Shown here in pieces: positions 10,030 to 19,395 of a stretch of 51,389 nt of DNA (position 1 is the first letter of the stretch; every line of letters begins with the position of its first letter). Made by a program: the position numbers and the translations under genes. The notes beneath the pieces are model-generated. The model was not told where the DNA came from and searched no databases. It was given only the letters and a program-made list of their open reading frames with translations. The stretch is from Patescibacteria group bacterium (lineage in GTDB: Bacteria; Patescibacteriota; Minisyncoccia; RBG-13-40-8-A), in NCBI GenBank assembly GCA_022705575.1, contig JAKJED010000001.1, positions 1 to 51,389 of the forward strand, read 5' to 3'.

Positions 10030-11258
10030 AGATATTATTTTTATCAGATGATTTTCCGCCAAATTCTTTTGGTGGTGCAGGAGTAATAGCTTATAATTTG
10101 GCTAAAGAATTTTTGTCTTGTGGACACGAAGTTATTATAATTACAACTGTTCAAGAGAAATTATGCGAAGGCCATGAAATAATTGAGGGAATCAATATTT
10201 TTAAAATTTATTCTAATTATAATAAACGTTGGCGTGCTTGGTTAAGTTTATATAATCCAAAAACTGTTAAAAAAGTTAAAAGAATTATTAAGCAAATAAA
10301 ACCAGATATTGTTCACGTCCATAACATTCATTATCATCTCTCGTATGCTTGTTTAAGATCGGCTAAAAAATATTCTAAGGCCGTATTTTTAACCGCGCAC
10401 GACGTTATGCTTGTGCATTATGGCAAATTAATGTTTACTCACAAAAATTTTCATGAAGATAGGCCTAAAAATTATAAAATTAGCATATTAGATCAGATAA
10501 AAGAGGCGGGAAAGGGATATAATCCTTTTAGAAATTTAATTATTCGCCATTATTTAAAATATATAGATAGAATATTTGTTGTCAGTAATGCACTAAAAAA
10601 AGTTTTAGAAATAAATGGAATTAAAAATATTGAAGTGATTCATAACGGTATAGATATTGAAAATTGGAAAGCAAATGAAGAAACAATAAATAAATTTAAG
10701 AGCGAATACCGACTTAATAATAAAAAAGTAATTCTGTTTAGTGGCAGAATTAGTGAGGCTAAAGGAATTAATACAATATTGCGAACAATGAAGCTGATAA
10801 TTAATAAAGATAATAATGTAATATTGTTAATTGTTGGAAAAAGTGATCAAAAAACAATTGAATTGACTAAAGAATTAGAGATAGATAGTCGTATTATATT
10901 TGCAGATTGGCTAGATAGAGAAAGCATAAAATTAGCTTATCTCGTTGCGGATGTTTGCGTTATTCCGTCGATATGTTTTGATTCCTTTCCCAATACAAAT
11001 CTTGAAGCGATGGCATGTAGTAAGCCAGTTGTGGGTACTTGTTTTGGCGGAACTCCCGAAATTGTAGTTGATAATCAAACTGGTTATATTGTTGATCCTG
11101 AAAATACAGAAAAACTAAGTGATAAAATTATTGATTTATTAAAAAATCCTCAAAAAGCAAAGCAATTTGGGGAAAATGGATACGAGAGAGTTAAAAAATA
11201 TTTTTCTTTACAAGAACAAGCGAATAAAATTATTAAAAACTATAATCAATATATTTAA
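10026..11258 (+). CDS. GT4-family glycosyltransferase
   Basis: N-terminal FPPNSFGGAGV and C-terminal FPNTNLEAMACSKPVVGTCFGGTPEIVVDNQTGYIV. ATGA overlap with the upstream gene. Confidence 0.85.
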   Translation: MKILFLSDDFPPNSFGGAGVIAYNLAKEFLSCGHEVIIITTVQEKLCEGHEIIEGINIFKIYSNYNKRWRAWLSLYNPKTVKKVKRIIKQIKPDIVHVHNIHYHLSYACLRSAKKYSKAVFLTAHDVMLVHYGKLMFTHKNFHEDRPKNYKISILDQIKEAGKGYNPFRNLIIRHYLKYIDRIFVVSNALKKVLEINGIKNIEVIHNGIDIENWKANEETINKFKSEYRLNNKKVILFSGRISEAKGINTILRTMKLIINKDNNVILLIVGKSDQKTIELTKELEIDSRIIFADWLDRESIKLAYLVADVCVIPSICFDSFPNTNLEAMACSKPVVGTCFGGTPEIVVDNQTGYIVDPENTEKLSDKIIDLLKNPQKAKQFGENGYERVKKYFSLQEQANKIIKNYNQYI

Positions 11259-12523
11259 AGTTTTTTAAAATAAAATATTGCGATGAAAAAATAAAAGAAT
11301 TGAGATGCTAATTTAGCGATTATTGCTCCCAAAATTCCTAAAATAGGGACAAGAATAATCGTTGAAATTAATTGGACAATTGGAACGTAGGTATTTATTT
11401 TATAAAGTTCTTTGGTTTTGTTTTTAGTGTAAAGTGTCAACGTTATCATAGACATGGGAAAAACCAAAAGTGTTAATGCAAATAATCTGGAATATGTTAT
11501 AGAATCAGTGTATTGTGGATAAAATGTATTATAAAACCATGGCGCTAAGAAAAAATATATGCCGATACCGATTAAGATTAAAAATGTAATTTGAATTAAT
11601 TTTTTTGGTAAATATTTTTTGATTTCTTCGTTCGATCTTGTGGTTAATTTGGGAACGGCAATTTCTTGAATTATTTGTAAAGGTGTTCGAGCATAATCTA
11701 CCGTTAATACGGCATAGGAATATATTGCTAATTGTTCTGCTCCAATGAAATTAAATAGTAAAATACTATCTAATTGTCCGGCAATTGTGCCGATTGTTTC
11801 CATTAAACTCAAGTGTTTACCGTAACGAATTAATTGCGTATCATTGTTTGTATTTGGTTTGAATTTGCGTATTGTTCGCAAAAAGAAAAACAACCTTAAT
11901 AAACTATAAGAGCAAAAATAAATTAATACTAAAATAATTAAGTTTTTGGTTAAAAGTAGTCCTCCAAATAATAAGAGAGAAGAAATAATTTGTATAATTG
12001 TTGTAAAACTTACTCTTTTTCCAAAAAGTTTTTTACCGTCAAGGTAAGATTGATATATTTCTCCGGCTTTGAATAGGGGCAAAAAAACAGCTATAATTAA
12101 TAAAGAGATGGTTAATTCGGGTTGATTTTGTGTCCAGAAATAACCAGCAACAATTATCGATATTAAACTTCCGATAATTCCCCATTTTATTTTAGTTTTG
12201 AATGCTTGTTTAATAGTGTTTTCAAACCCTTTGGCTACGCTTGGAATAATGGCCTTATTAATGCCCTGAAGCGATAAAATGGCTATTATAGCTGAAATCG
12301 AAAGAATATATCGATATTGACCGTAGGTTTCTTTGGGTAATAATTGTGCAAAGGCAATTGATAATAGAAAAGACGCTATTATGCTTATAATATTTCCAAT
12401 TAATAAATAGGTTCCGTTTTTGGCAATATAAATATTATCACTTCCGGTAAATTTTTGAGTGCTTTGGAGGAATTTAATTATCAAATTTTTTATTTTATTA
12501 ATCATGTTTAAAAATATAATCAA
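11255..12523 (-). CDS. Wzx-like (MOP superfamily) polysaccharide flippase
   Basis: About 12 hydrophobic segments and an N-terminus typical of polysaccharide biosynthesis/export proteins. Start is ambiguous (12523 or the internal Met MINKIK at 12505). Confidence 0.75.
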   Translation of the reverse strand: MIIFLNMINKIKNLIIKFLQSTQKFTGSDNIYIAKNGTYLLIGNIISIIASFLLSIAFAQLLPKETYGQYRYILSISAIIAILSLQGINKAIIPSVAKGFENTIKQAFKTKIKWGIIGSLISIIVAGYFWTQNQPELTISLLIIAVFLPLFKAGEIYQSYLDGKKLFGKRVSFTTIIQIISSLLLFGGLLLTKNLIILVLIYFCSYSLLRLFFFLRTIRKFKPNTNNDTQLIRYGKHLSLMETIGTIAGQLDSILLFNFIGAEQLAIYSYAVLTVDYARTPLQIIQEIAVPKLTTRSNEEIKKYLPKKLIQITFLILIGIGIYFFLAPWFYNTFYPQYTDSITYSRLFALTLLVFPMSMITLTLYTKNKTKELYKINTYVPIVQLISTIILVPILGILGAIIAKLASQFFYFFIAIFYFKKL

Positions 12524-13217
12524 AAATATTAAATTAAAATTTTATTTTTTACGTCGAAAATTTTATCGTTTATTTCGGACAAAGAAACAGATTGAAATGG
12601 AAGCGCAAAGAAAACGAGCTAAAGACATGGCAAGTCCACAAATACGCGATAAAGTAAATGATTATTTCAATAAATTTAGATTTTTACAGGAAATTATTAA
12701 AATAACCGGCATTAATGATAATTCTGAAATTTTAGATATTGGTTGTGGAATTAAAACAGTTTTACATTTTCTACCGGGAAAAATAAAAATCGGGGTAGAT
12801 TCATTAGCTGATGAGTATATAAAAATTTATGATTATCCGAAAGATATAAAAATTGAGAAATCTTTTGGTGAAAATTTAAAATTCAAAAATAATTCTTTTG
12901 ATGTAGTATTTATGACCAATGCTCTTGATCATACGAAGAATCCTCAAAAAGTTGTTTCAGAAATTTTTAGAGTTTTAAGATCGGGAGGTTATTTTGCCCT
13001 TACCAATGAATTAGTGAAAAAAGATTTTAAAAGAGATAAGGCGCATCCTAATAATTTACAAGAGCAAGATATTTCAGAATTATTATCTGGGAAATTTAAT
13101 ATTGTTTTTAAAAGATTTTCTGCGTGGTTTGGTTTAAGACAATATTATTTAGGATTATTGAAAGAAGAAGATTTTAAAAATAATAATCAAATAATAATTT
13201 TAGCTCAAAAAATATGA
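12504..13217 (+). CDS. Class I SAM-dependent methyltransferase
   Basis: ILDIGCGIKT motif I and MTNALDHTKNPQKV. Start is ambiguous: ATG 12504 (overlaps the divergent flippase start) or ATG 12597. Confidence 0.75.
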   Translation: MFKNIIKNIKLKFYFLRRKFYRLFRTKKQIEMEAQRKRAKDMASPQIRDKVNDYFNKFRFLQEIIKITGINDNSEILDIGCGIKTVLHFLPGKIKIGVDSLADEYIKIYDYPKDIKIEKSFGENLKFKNNSFDVVFMTNALDHTKNPQKVVSEIFRVLRSGGYFALTNELVKKDFKRDKAHPNNLQEQDISELLSGKFNIVFKRFSAWFGLRQYYLGLLKEEDFKNNNQIIILAQKI

Positions 13218-14794
13218 AGAAAAAATATTTAATCCCGATAATTGTTTTAATATTTTTATTGTCTATAGCCGTTCATTATTGGCCGGTTTATCATAAGGGC
13301 TTTTCTTATGATTTTGCTGTAGATAATTTAATATTAGCACGAAATTTAAATTTAAACGGCGAATATAAGATGTTTAATAGTAAGGACGTAATTCTGTCAT
13401 CAGAAATAGTTGCCGAAAAGGGGATTGTAAATAAAACCAGTAATGAATTAACTCCTATTTTGTATAAATTATTGTTTAAAATTTTTGGTTTTAACAAAGA
13501 TATTCCTTTGTTTGCCTCTTTGTTTATATATGGAGTTATCAGTGTTTTGCTGTTTTGTCTTGTTTTGAGATTATTTAATCTAAAAATAGCTTTAATTTTC
13601 AGTTTTTTGGAGATTTTATCGCCATTAGTAACAAAAGAAGCTATTAATGTCGGAACCTATGAATGGGCAATGCTGTTTTTAACTATTGCTCTTTTGATTT
13701 ATTTTTGGAAAGAAAAGCCAACACTTATTAAGCTGTTCTTGGCAGGAATTTTAATGGCTACGGCGTCTTTGGCAAGAAATTCATTTTTAATTATCCCAAT
13801 TGCTTTTGCGCTATATGAACTTATAAAAAACAAATCTTTTAAAAAAGCTTTCATATTTATTCTGCCATTGATAATTGTTTGGGGTGTCTATTTGGGGCCA
13901 GGAATATTGAAAGGAGGTGCCGACAATATATATTTGTCTTCAAGCGATAATACGGTGGGTGCATATATGCACATTTTCCCCGACCCCTACACTTGGCACT
14001 TTGAAAGAGATGAATATGTTAAAAATGTCATGGATTCTGATGCCTATAATTATGATTATAGTCAGTTTTTGGGGAAGTATGGATATGCTGTGGGTTTAAA
14101 AAATAAAATTTTAATGTATTGGGCTTCAATTATTTCATATCCTAAAGGATTTATTGCTCAAACAACTTTTGGTGGTCCGATTATAGTATTTTTATTGATT
14201 TTAGGGGCGTTTTATCTTTATAAAAATAAAAAATATTTATTAGAAGTATTTATTTTTTGGGGATTGTTAACTTATTTGTTTTTAATTGTTGCTGCAAGTA
14301 ATCATTGGGGTCATTTTATAACTTTTCAGTTTCCGATATTTTTAATGTCGGCGTTGGGGATATATGGAATTATTCAGTTTTTTATTAAACAAGACATCAA
14401 AAAGTATCTTAAATATTTGTTTGTTGGTGGGTTTATTCTTGCATTATCAATTCATTTAATTCAATCAACGAAATGGATGTTTCATGAAGAATATGAAAAC
14501 TCCGGGATGGAACAGACATTGTCTTTAATTGACATAATAAAATATGCGGAAGACCAATTAAATAAAAAAACAGACATAATAGCGGTTGGGGTAACCGGCA
14601 GAGCACCACAGATTCTTAATTGGTACACTGATTACAGTTTTGTTTATTTTGCCCCTGATACTGTCGGGAAATTATTAAATGAGAATAAACTTCAATGGGC
14701 ATTTAATCAATTTGGGGTTACAAAAGTTATGGGTTACGATAATGAATTAAACGACAGCATAATTGAGACAACAGATATTGACATTTTAAAATAA
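13214..14794 (+). CDS. Polytopic membrane protein, probable GT-C fold (ArnT/PMT-like) glycosyltransferase
   Basis: 526 aa with multiple TM helices and a soluble C-terminal domain. ATGA overlap with the upstream methyltransferase. Family call rests on architecture only. Confidence 0.55.
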   Translation: MKKKYLIPIIVLIFLLSIAVHYWPVYHKGFSYDFAVDNLILARNLNLNGEYKMFNSKDVILSSEIVAEKGIVNKTSNELTPILYKLLFKIFGFNKDIPLFASLFIYGVISVLLFCLVLRLFNLKIALIFSFLEILSPLVTKEAINVGTYEWAMLFLTIALLIYFWKEKPTLIKLFLAGILMATASLARNSFLIIPIAFALYELIKNKSFKKAFIFILPLIIVWGVYLGPGILKGGADNIYLSSSDNTVGAYMHIFPDPYTWHFERDEYVKNVMDSDAYNYDYSQFLGKYGYAVGLKNKILMYWASIISYPKGFIAQTTFGGPIIVFLLILGAFYLYKNKKYLLEVFIFWGLLTYLFLIVAASNHWGHFITFQFPIFLMSALGIYGIIQFFIKQDIKKYLKYLFVGGFILALSIHLIQSTKWMFHEEYENSGMEQTLSLIDIIKYAEDQLNKKTDIIAVGVTGRAPQILNWYTDYSFVYFAPDTVGKLLNENKLQWAFNQFGVTKVMGYDNELNDSIIETTDIDILK

Positions 14795-14806
14795 TAATAG
14801 TATAAT
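14778..14806 (+). promoter_or_regulatory. Consensus sigma70-type promoter TTGACA-17-TATAAT
   Basis: TTGACA at 14778-14783, 17-nt spacer, TATAAT at 14801-14806. Followed by AGGAGG and the TTG start at 14842. Confidence 0.6.
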
Positions 14807-14841
14807 TATATTAGATATCAAATCCTACAAAGGAGGAGCAG

Positions 14842-15408
14842 TTGAAAATATTTGCGTTGTTCGTTTTGGGTAAAGGGGAACCAGATAAGGCTCTGAATCG
14901 TGACGCTAAAATGAGATGTATGGCGGCACGAATGTTTCTCAAACATTACGGGTTGATGAGAGTGTATTTTGTGGGCGGAAAACCCGAAAGGAAAGAAAAC
15001 ACTCCTGTCTCCGTAAAGATGAAGGAGTATTTTGATTCGTTGATGGGATATCCGAGTATCTCGGAAGCTCTTTGTGAGTCAAATAATTCTTTTGGCAATG
15101 TTCAAGAAATAATTGATATTGCCGGAAGAAAAAATTCTATCCGGATTCTTGCGAACAAATACCAGATTCCACGGTTTATAAAGATCTTTTTGAAATTGGG
15201 AGTCAATCGGAACCAGATTATTCCGATTTCAGCCGAAGAAATGTTGATGCGCGATCCCAAAAACATCGAGGAAATTACGAAATATCGTAATTCCTTTAAA
15301 TATAAACTGAGGATCGCTCTGGAAAAAATGTTAACACTCTGGATGATTTTCGACCCAGAGTATAGGATTATTACGGCTTGGAGAAAAATAAGGAGGAAAT
15401 ATTTATAA
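14842..15408 (+). CDS. DUF218/YdcF-like protein
   Basis: TTG start preceded by a strong SD (AAAGGAGGAG). CESNNSFGNVQE resembles the E..S.nT.eN signature of DUF218. Visibly higher G+C than its neighbours. Confidence 0.6.
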   Translation: MKIFALFVLGKGEPDKALNRDAKMRCMAARMFLKHYGLMRVYFVGGKPERKENTPVSVKMKEYFDSLMGYPSISEALCESNNSFGNVQEIIDIAGRKNSIRILANKYQIPRFIKIFLKLGVNRNQIIPISAEEMLMRDPKNIEEITKYRNSFKYKLRIALEKMLTLWMIFDPEYRIITAWRKIRRKYL

Positions 15409-15416
15409 CGAAAACA

Positions 15417-15443
15417 GGGGCTGACCAGCAATGGTTGGCCCCC
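15417..15443. terminator. GC-rich hairpin between convergent genes (bidirectional terminator candidate)
   Basis: GGGGCTGACCA-GCAA-TGGTTGGCCCC forms an 11-bp stem (two G-U pairs) with a GNRA-type loop. It fills the gap between the stops at 15408 (+) and 15444 (-). Confidence 0.6.
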
Positions 15444-16391
15444 TTACAATTTTATCGGTTTAATTAGCCAACAGACTAAGCCGATTAATGAAGTAAAAAC
15501 GGTTATTGACAAAATTAATACAGATAAAGCCATTGCTTGTTCTTTGATAATTGCAAAAGGCGCAAGCAGTAAAATTAAAGCAGCGTCACGGGTTCCAATT
15601 CCTGAAATTGAAATAGGAATTAATGTAATTAATCCGGTAATGGTTACGATGAGCGCAAAATAAAAAAACGGAATATTTATATTTAATCCTATGGCCAATA
15701 GATAAATTTGGATATAATAAAACAAATAAGAGAAAATTGTAATAATAAAAATAACGATATAATTTTTAAAATTATAAATTTTAAAATCGTTAATGAATTC
15801 CTGGAAATTAATTTGCCAGGATTTTTGATAATTTTGTGGTATAAAAATATTAAATAATTTTTTAAATCCCCATTTGATTAAGCCGGTTTTCCAACATAAT
15901 AATAGTAAACAAATTCCGATAAAAATACCTAAAATCATAATTAAAGCAGTTTTGTTCAGCGTGGTCAGATAAAATAGCGAACCCAGAAAAATAAAAATTA
16001 TTAAAAACACAAAATCGCTTAATCGATCCATTATAACGCTAACCAAAGATTTTCCTGTTGAGCATCCGTCTTTTTTAAGGTATATCGCCTTTGTCAACTC
16101 TCCCAGTCTTCCGGGCGTTATTAATCCGATAAATAATCCGCTGGCATACATTAAAAAAGAGTTTTTGAAACTGTATTCAATGTTTTGTTGTTTTTTAATG
16201 TAATTCCAGCCAAATGCTTTTGTTCCGATTATGGGAACACTCATTATGAGCGCTAAAATTAAATATAGAGGATTAATTTTTTCAATGTTTTTTAAAATCT
16301 CTCCAAGATTTGCCTTAGAGAGAAGTAGCGCAAAAATAATAATTCCTATGATGCCGGAACATTTTTTAAAAAATAATCCAATTTTATTCAT
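15444..16391 (-). CDS. UPF0104 / lysyl-PG-synthase-TM-like flippase-like membrane protein
   Basis: About 8 TM helices. PGRLGE and SISGIGTRDAALILLL motifs resemble the UPF0104 family often paired with GT2 lipid-sugar synthases. Confidence 0.7.
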   Translation of the reverse strand: MNKIGLFFKKCSGIIGIIIFALLLSKANLGEILKNIEKINPLYLILALIMSVPIIGTKAFGWNYIKKQQNIEYSFKNSFLMYASGLFIGLITPGRLGELTKAIYLKKDGCSTGKSLVSVIMDRLSDFVFLIIFIFLGSLFYLTTLNKTALIMILGIFIGICLLLLCWKTGLIKWGFKKLFNIFIPQNYQKSWQINFQEFINDFKIYNFKNYIVIFIITIFSYLFYYIQIYLLAIGLNINIPFFYFALIVTITGLITLIPISISGIGTRDAALILLLAPFAIIKEQAMALSVLILSITVFTSLIGLVCWLIKPIKL

Positions 16392-17085
16392 ATTTTTTTA
16401 GTACAGCCACAAAACGATACCCCAAAACGGGTGGTGTTCTGTAAATTTTTTCCACTTTAAAAAAATTTTTGCAAATATCGTAAATGAAATTTTTATCAGC
16501 TTCATGGAGGTGCCATTCATAATCTTCTTTTTTGCGCGCAGCATGCAGTAATTTATCTAGTTGGAAAAAATGAATTATTTTCATTATTAATTTTAATCTT
16601 TTTTCATCCGGAACACTAATAATCACTAGTCCATTTTTTTTAATTGTGCGATGTATTTCTTTAATAACTTCGGTTGGGTTGGGCAGATGTTCTAAAACTT
16701 CAGAGCAAAGAATTTTATCAAATGTTTCGTTTGTGAATTCCAGTTTTCGGGCATCTCCCCATTGCAATTTAATGTTTTCTTTGTTTGCTAAAAGCTTTGT
16801 TGCTCTTTTAAGCGCAATATTGGAAATGTCTATTCCAAATATTCGTTTAATATTGGGCAGCATATTAATTAGAAATCCTTCACCACACCCCAAATCTAAC
16901 ACAATATCATTTAAAGTAAGTTTTGCAGATTTAATAATTTTTTTCAATCTCATTTTTTCCAGTTTTTGCAAAATTGAATTTTTACTTTCAAATAATGTTC
17001 CTTCTCGATGGTATTTTAAAACCATTTCATCATTCCATTTTCCCAATTCTTCTGAATTTGATTTTTGTAATTCTTCTTTGTTCAT
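16384..17085 (-). CDS. Class I SAM-dependent methyltransferase
   Basis: VLDLGCGEGF motif I and SEVLEHLPNPTEVI. Overlaps the downstream gene by 8 nt. Confidence 0.8.
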   Translation of the reverse strand: MNKEELQKSNSEELGKWNDEMVLKYHREGTLFESKNSILQKLEKMRLKKIIKSAKLTLNDIVLDLGCGEGFLINMLPNIKRIFGIDISNIALKRATKLLANKENIKLQWGDARKLEFTNETFDKILCSEVLEHLPNPTEVIKEIHRTIKKNGLVIISVPDEKRLKLIMKIIHFFQLDKLLHAARKKEDYEWHLHEADKNFIYDICKNFFKVEKIYRTPPVLGYRFVAVLKKYE

Positions 17086-17087
17086 AT

Positions 17088-18521
17088 TTAAAATAATTGA
17101 TTAATTGCCGCCTTAATTATTCCGTTTATATCTCGTATATTTTTTAGTGATTTAAGAATTCTAATAACTGCTTTCGGTCGAAAATAGAATTTGCGATACG
17201 CTTTTTTTATTCCTTTGTTGATTTCTTTTGAAGACAAATTGGGATAGTTGATTGGTGCGGTGGTTCCTTGATTTATATCTTCCCATTTTTCCGATGTTAG
17301 CCAGCCGTTTTTTTTCACTTCTTCATAAAATTCTGTTCCGGGATAGGGCGCGGCAGTATGAAATATGGCAAATGTTATTGGTAATTCTTTTGCAAGATTT
17401 ATTGTTTCTCGTATTGTTTCCTTGGTTTCTTTTATTAATCCGATTATAAAATAGCCGTATATTTTTATGCCAATTTTATCGGTTAAATTTATTGTGGTAC
17501 GAATTTGTTCAAGAGTGATACCCTTTTTTGCTTTATCTAACACTTTTTGCGAACCAGATTCAATTCCGAATGCTATCATCCAGCACCCAGCTTTTTTCAT
17601 CCAAGCAAGCATTTCTTCGTCAACAGTATCAACTCTACTATTTGTGCTCCATTTGAAGTTAAGTTTTTCATCAATCATTTTTTTACAGAGATCAATAACA
17701 ATATTTTTGTCAACAGTAAAAGTATCGGACTGAAAGATAAATTCATTAATGCCTAAATTTTTTATGAATTTTAGCTCTTTCAAAATGCTTTCTACTGAAC
17801 GTGATCTGAATTTTTTAGCCCACATTACGGGTTGTCTGCAAAAAGTGCAGGGGAACGGACATCCACGACTCGGAACCACAAAAGTAAAAGAAGATGCCAT
17901 AAACGGAAAAACATATTTTTTTAACGGTAATAAATCGTGACGTGGAATTGGTAATTCATCTAAATTAATAATATAATCTCTTTTCTCGTTCATTATTACT
18001 TCGTCGTTTTCTTTGTATGCCAACCCTTTAATGGACTGAAAATTATTTTTAGAATTTTCTATGTTTGTGATTAATTCTGCAAATGTTTTTTCTGGTTCAT
18101 ATGTAAAAATAAAATCTAATTCAGAATTTTCCAATAAAGTTTTTTCGGTTAATGCAGTAGCGTGTGGACCCATGGTCATAGTAATAGTTTTAGGATTTAT
18201 TTTTTTGATCTCCTGGAATATTTTTAAATCATTGTGCAGGGTAGAGGTTATTACTTGCGACGCTAAATAGCGTGGTTTTTTTTTCTTTAAAATATCTGTT
18301 AATTCCGGCCATTTTATATTTTCAGCGATACAATCTATTATTTCTACGGTTAAATTTTCTGGCACCATCGCTGCCAAGTATGCCAAACTGATTTGGGGCC
18401 AAACAATTCTTTCTTTGCTGGTTCTTCCTGATCTGTTGAAATCCCTGATAATAATAGAATTATCGGGCGATGGAGGATTGATTAGTAAAATATCTACTTG
18501 TTTTTGATTTTGGTTTTGCAT
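17088..18521 (-). CDS. B12-binding-domain radical SAM enzyme (paralog of 6592-8007)
   Basis: N-terminal Rossmann-like region and canonical SRGCPFPCTFC (CX3CX2C). The C-terminal KKAYRKFYFRP matches KKAYRRFYFRL of the paralog. Confidence 0.85.
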   Translation of the reverse strand: MQNQNQKQVDILLINPPSPDNSIIIRDFNRSGRTSKERIVWPQISLAYLAAMVPENLTVEIIDCIAENIKWPELTDILKKKKPRYLASQVITSTLHNDLKIFQEIKKINPKTITMTMGPHATALTEKTLLENSELDFIFTYEPEKTFAELITNIENSKNNFQSIKGLAYKENDEVIMNEKRDYIINLDELPIPRHDLLPLKKYVFPFMASSFTFVVPSRGCPFPCTFCRQPVMWAKKFRSRSVESILKELKFIKNLGINEFIFQSDTFTVDKNIVIDLCKKMIDEKLNFKWSTNSRVDTVDEEMLAWMKKAGCWMIAFGIESGSQKVLDKAKKGITLEQIRTTINLTDKIGIKIYGYFIIGLIKETKETIRETINLAKELPITFAIFHTAAPYPGTEFYEEVKKNGWLTSEKWEDINQGTTAPINYPNLSSKEINKGIKKAYRKFYFRPKAVIRILKSLKNIRDINGIIKAAINQLF

Positions 18522-18525
18522 GGCG

Positions 18526-19389
18526 TTATTTGTGTGTTTTTACAATTAGATCCGCAATCATACCAATTGCTAGTATTTGAAAGCTGGAAATGATAAAAAT
18601 TGATGTAGTTGAATCTAAAATTTTGTCTGTAAATATAGCGCTGTAGGTAAAAATTATTATTCCGCATAAAAATAGTAATAAACCCAACGGAACGAAAATT
18701 TTTAATGGCCTAAAATAAAGCGCCAATTTCATAACTAATCCGGCAAATCTTTTAAAAGATTTTATTGGTTTTAGTTTTGATTTTCCTTGACGCTTTAAAT
18801 AGTCTATTTTTATGTTTTTTAATGAATAACCGTTTGTTAGGCATACCATGGTTAGAGTTGAAGTAAAAGAAAATCTTTCTGGAAATAATCCCCAAAAATT
18901 TAATGCCATTTCTTTTTTGAAAATTCGCAATCCTGAATTTATATCAATTACTTTGGTTTCGGCAATATATCCGGCCAACTTGTTTAGAAAATATTTTGCA
19001 GGTTTTCCGTAAAATGGTTTATATTTTTTTCTTGCTCCAACCACCATATCATATTCTGGGATATTGTTAATCATTTCTTCTAATTTTTCCAACGGATATG
19101 TTCCATCAGCATCAATAATCATAATCCAATTATATTGCGCCTCTTTAATGCCAGTTTTAAGAGACGCGCCATAACCCTTATTTTTAAGATGGTTAAGTAA
19201 TTTTATTTCATTTTGTTGTTTTAAAAGTTCTTCACTTTTATCGGTTGACGCATCGTTAATTACAATTATTTCGTATTTTAAGTCTGTAATTTTATTTAAT
19301 TCAGTTTTTAAGTTATTTATAATTTGATTTACAATTTTTTCTTCGTTATAAACGGGAACAATAACCGATAATTGTTTTTTTGTGTCCAT
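18526..19389 (-). CDS. GT2 polyprenyl-phosphate glycosyltransferase (GtrB/DPM1-like)
   Basis: SVIVPVYNEEKIV, NDASTD, IIDADGT (DXD) and two C-terminal TM helices. Confidence 0.85.
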   Translation of the reverse strand: MDTKKQLSVIVPVYNEEKIVNQIINNLKTELNKITDLKYEIIVINDASTDKSEELLKQQNEIKLLNHLKNKGYGASLKTGIKEAQYNWIMIIDADGTYPLEKLEEMINNIPEYDMVVGARKKYKPFYGKPAKYFLNKLAGYIAETKVIDINSGLRIFKKEMALNFWGLFPERFSFTSTLTMVCLTNGYSLKNIKIDYLKRQGKSKLKPIKSFKRFAGLVMKLALYFRPLKIFVPLGLLLFLCGIIIFTYSAIFTDKILDSTTSIFIISSFQILAIGMIADLIVKTHK

Positions 19390-19395
19390 ATATTT

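Noticed and set aside
15102-15431. 109-aa minus-strand ORF
   Set aside because: Antisense to the DUF218-like gene and running through the terminator hairpin. The plus-strand gene has a promoter, an SD and a family motif.
16646-17104. 152-aa plus-strand ORF
   Set aside because: Entirely antisense to the well-supported methyltransferase gene at 16384-17085. Low-complexity Ser/Phe/Ile-rich translation typical of the reverse frame of AT-rich genes.
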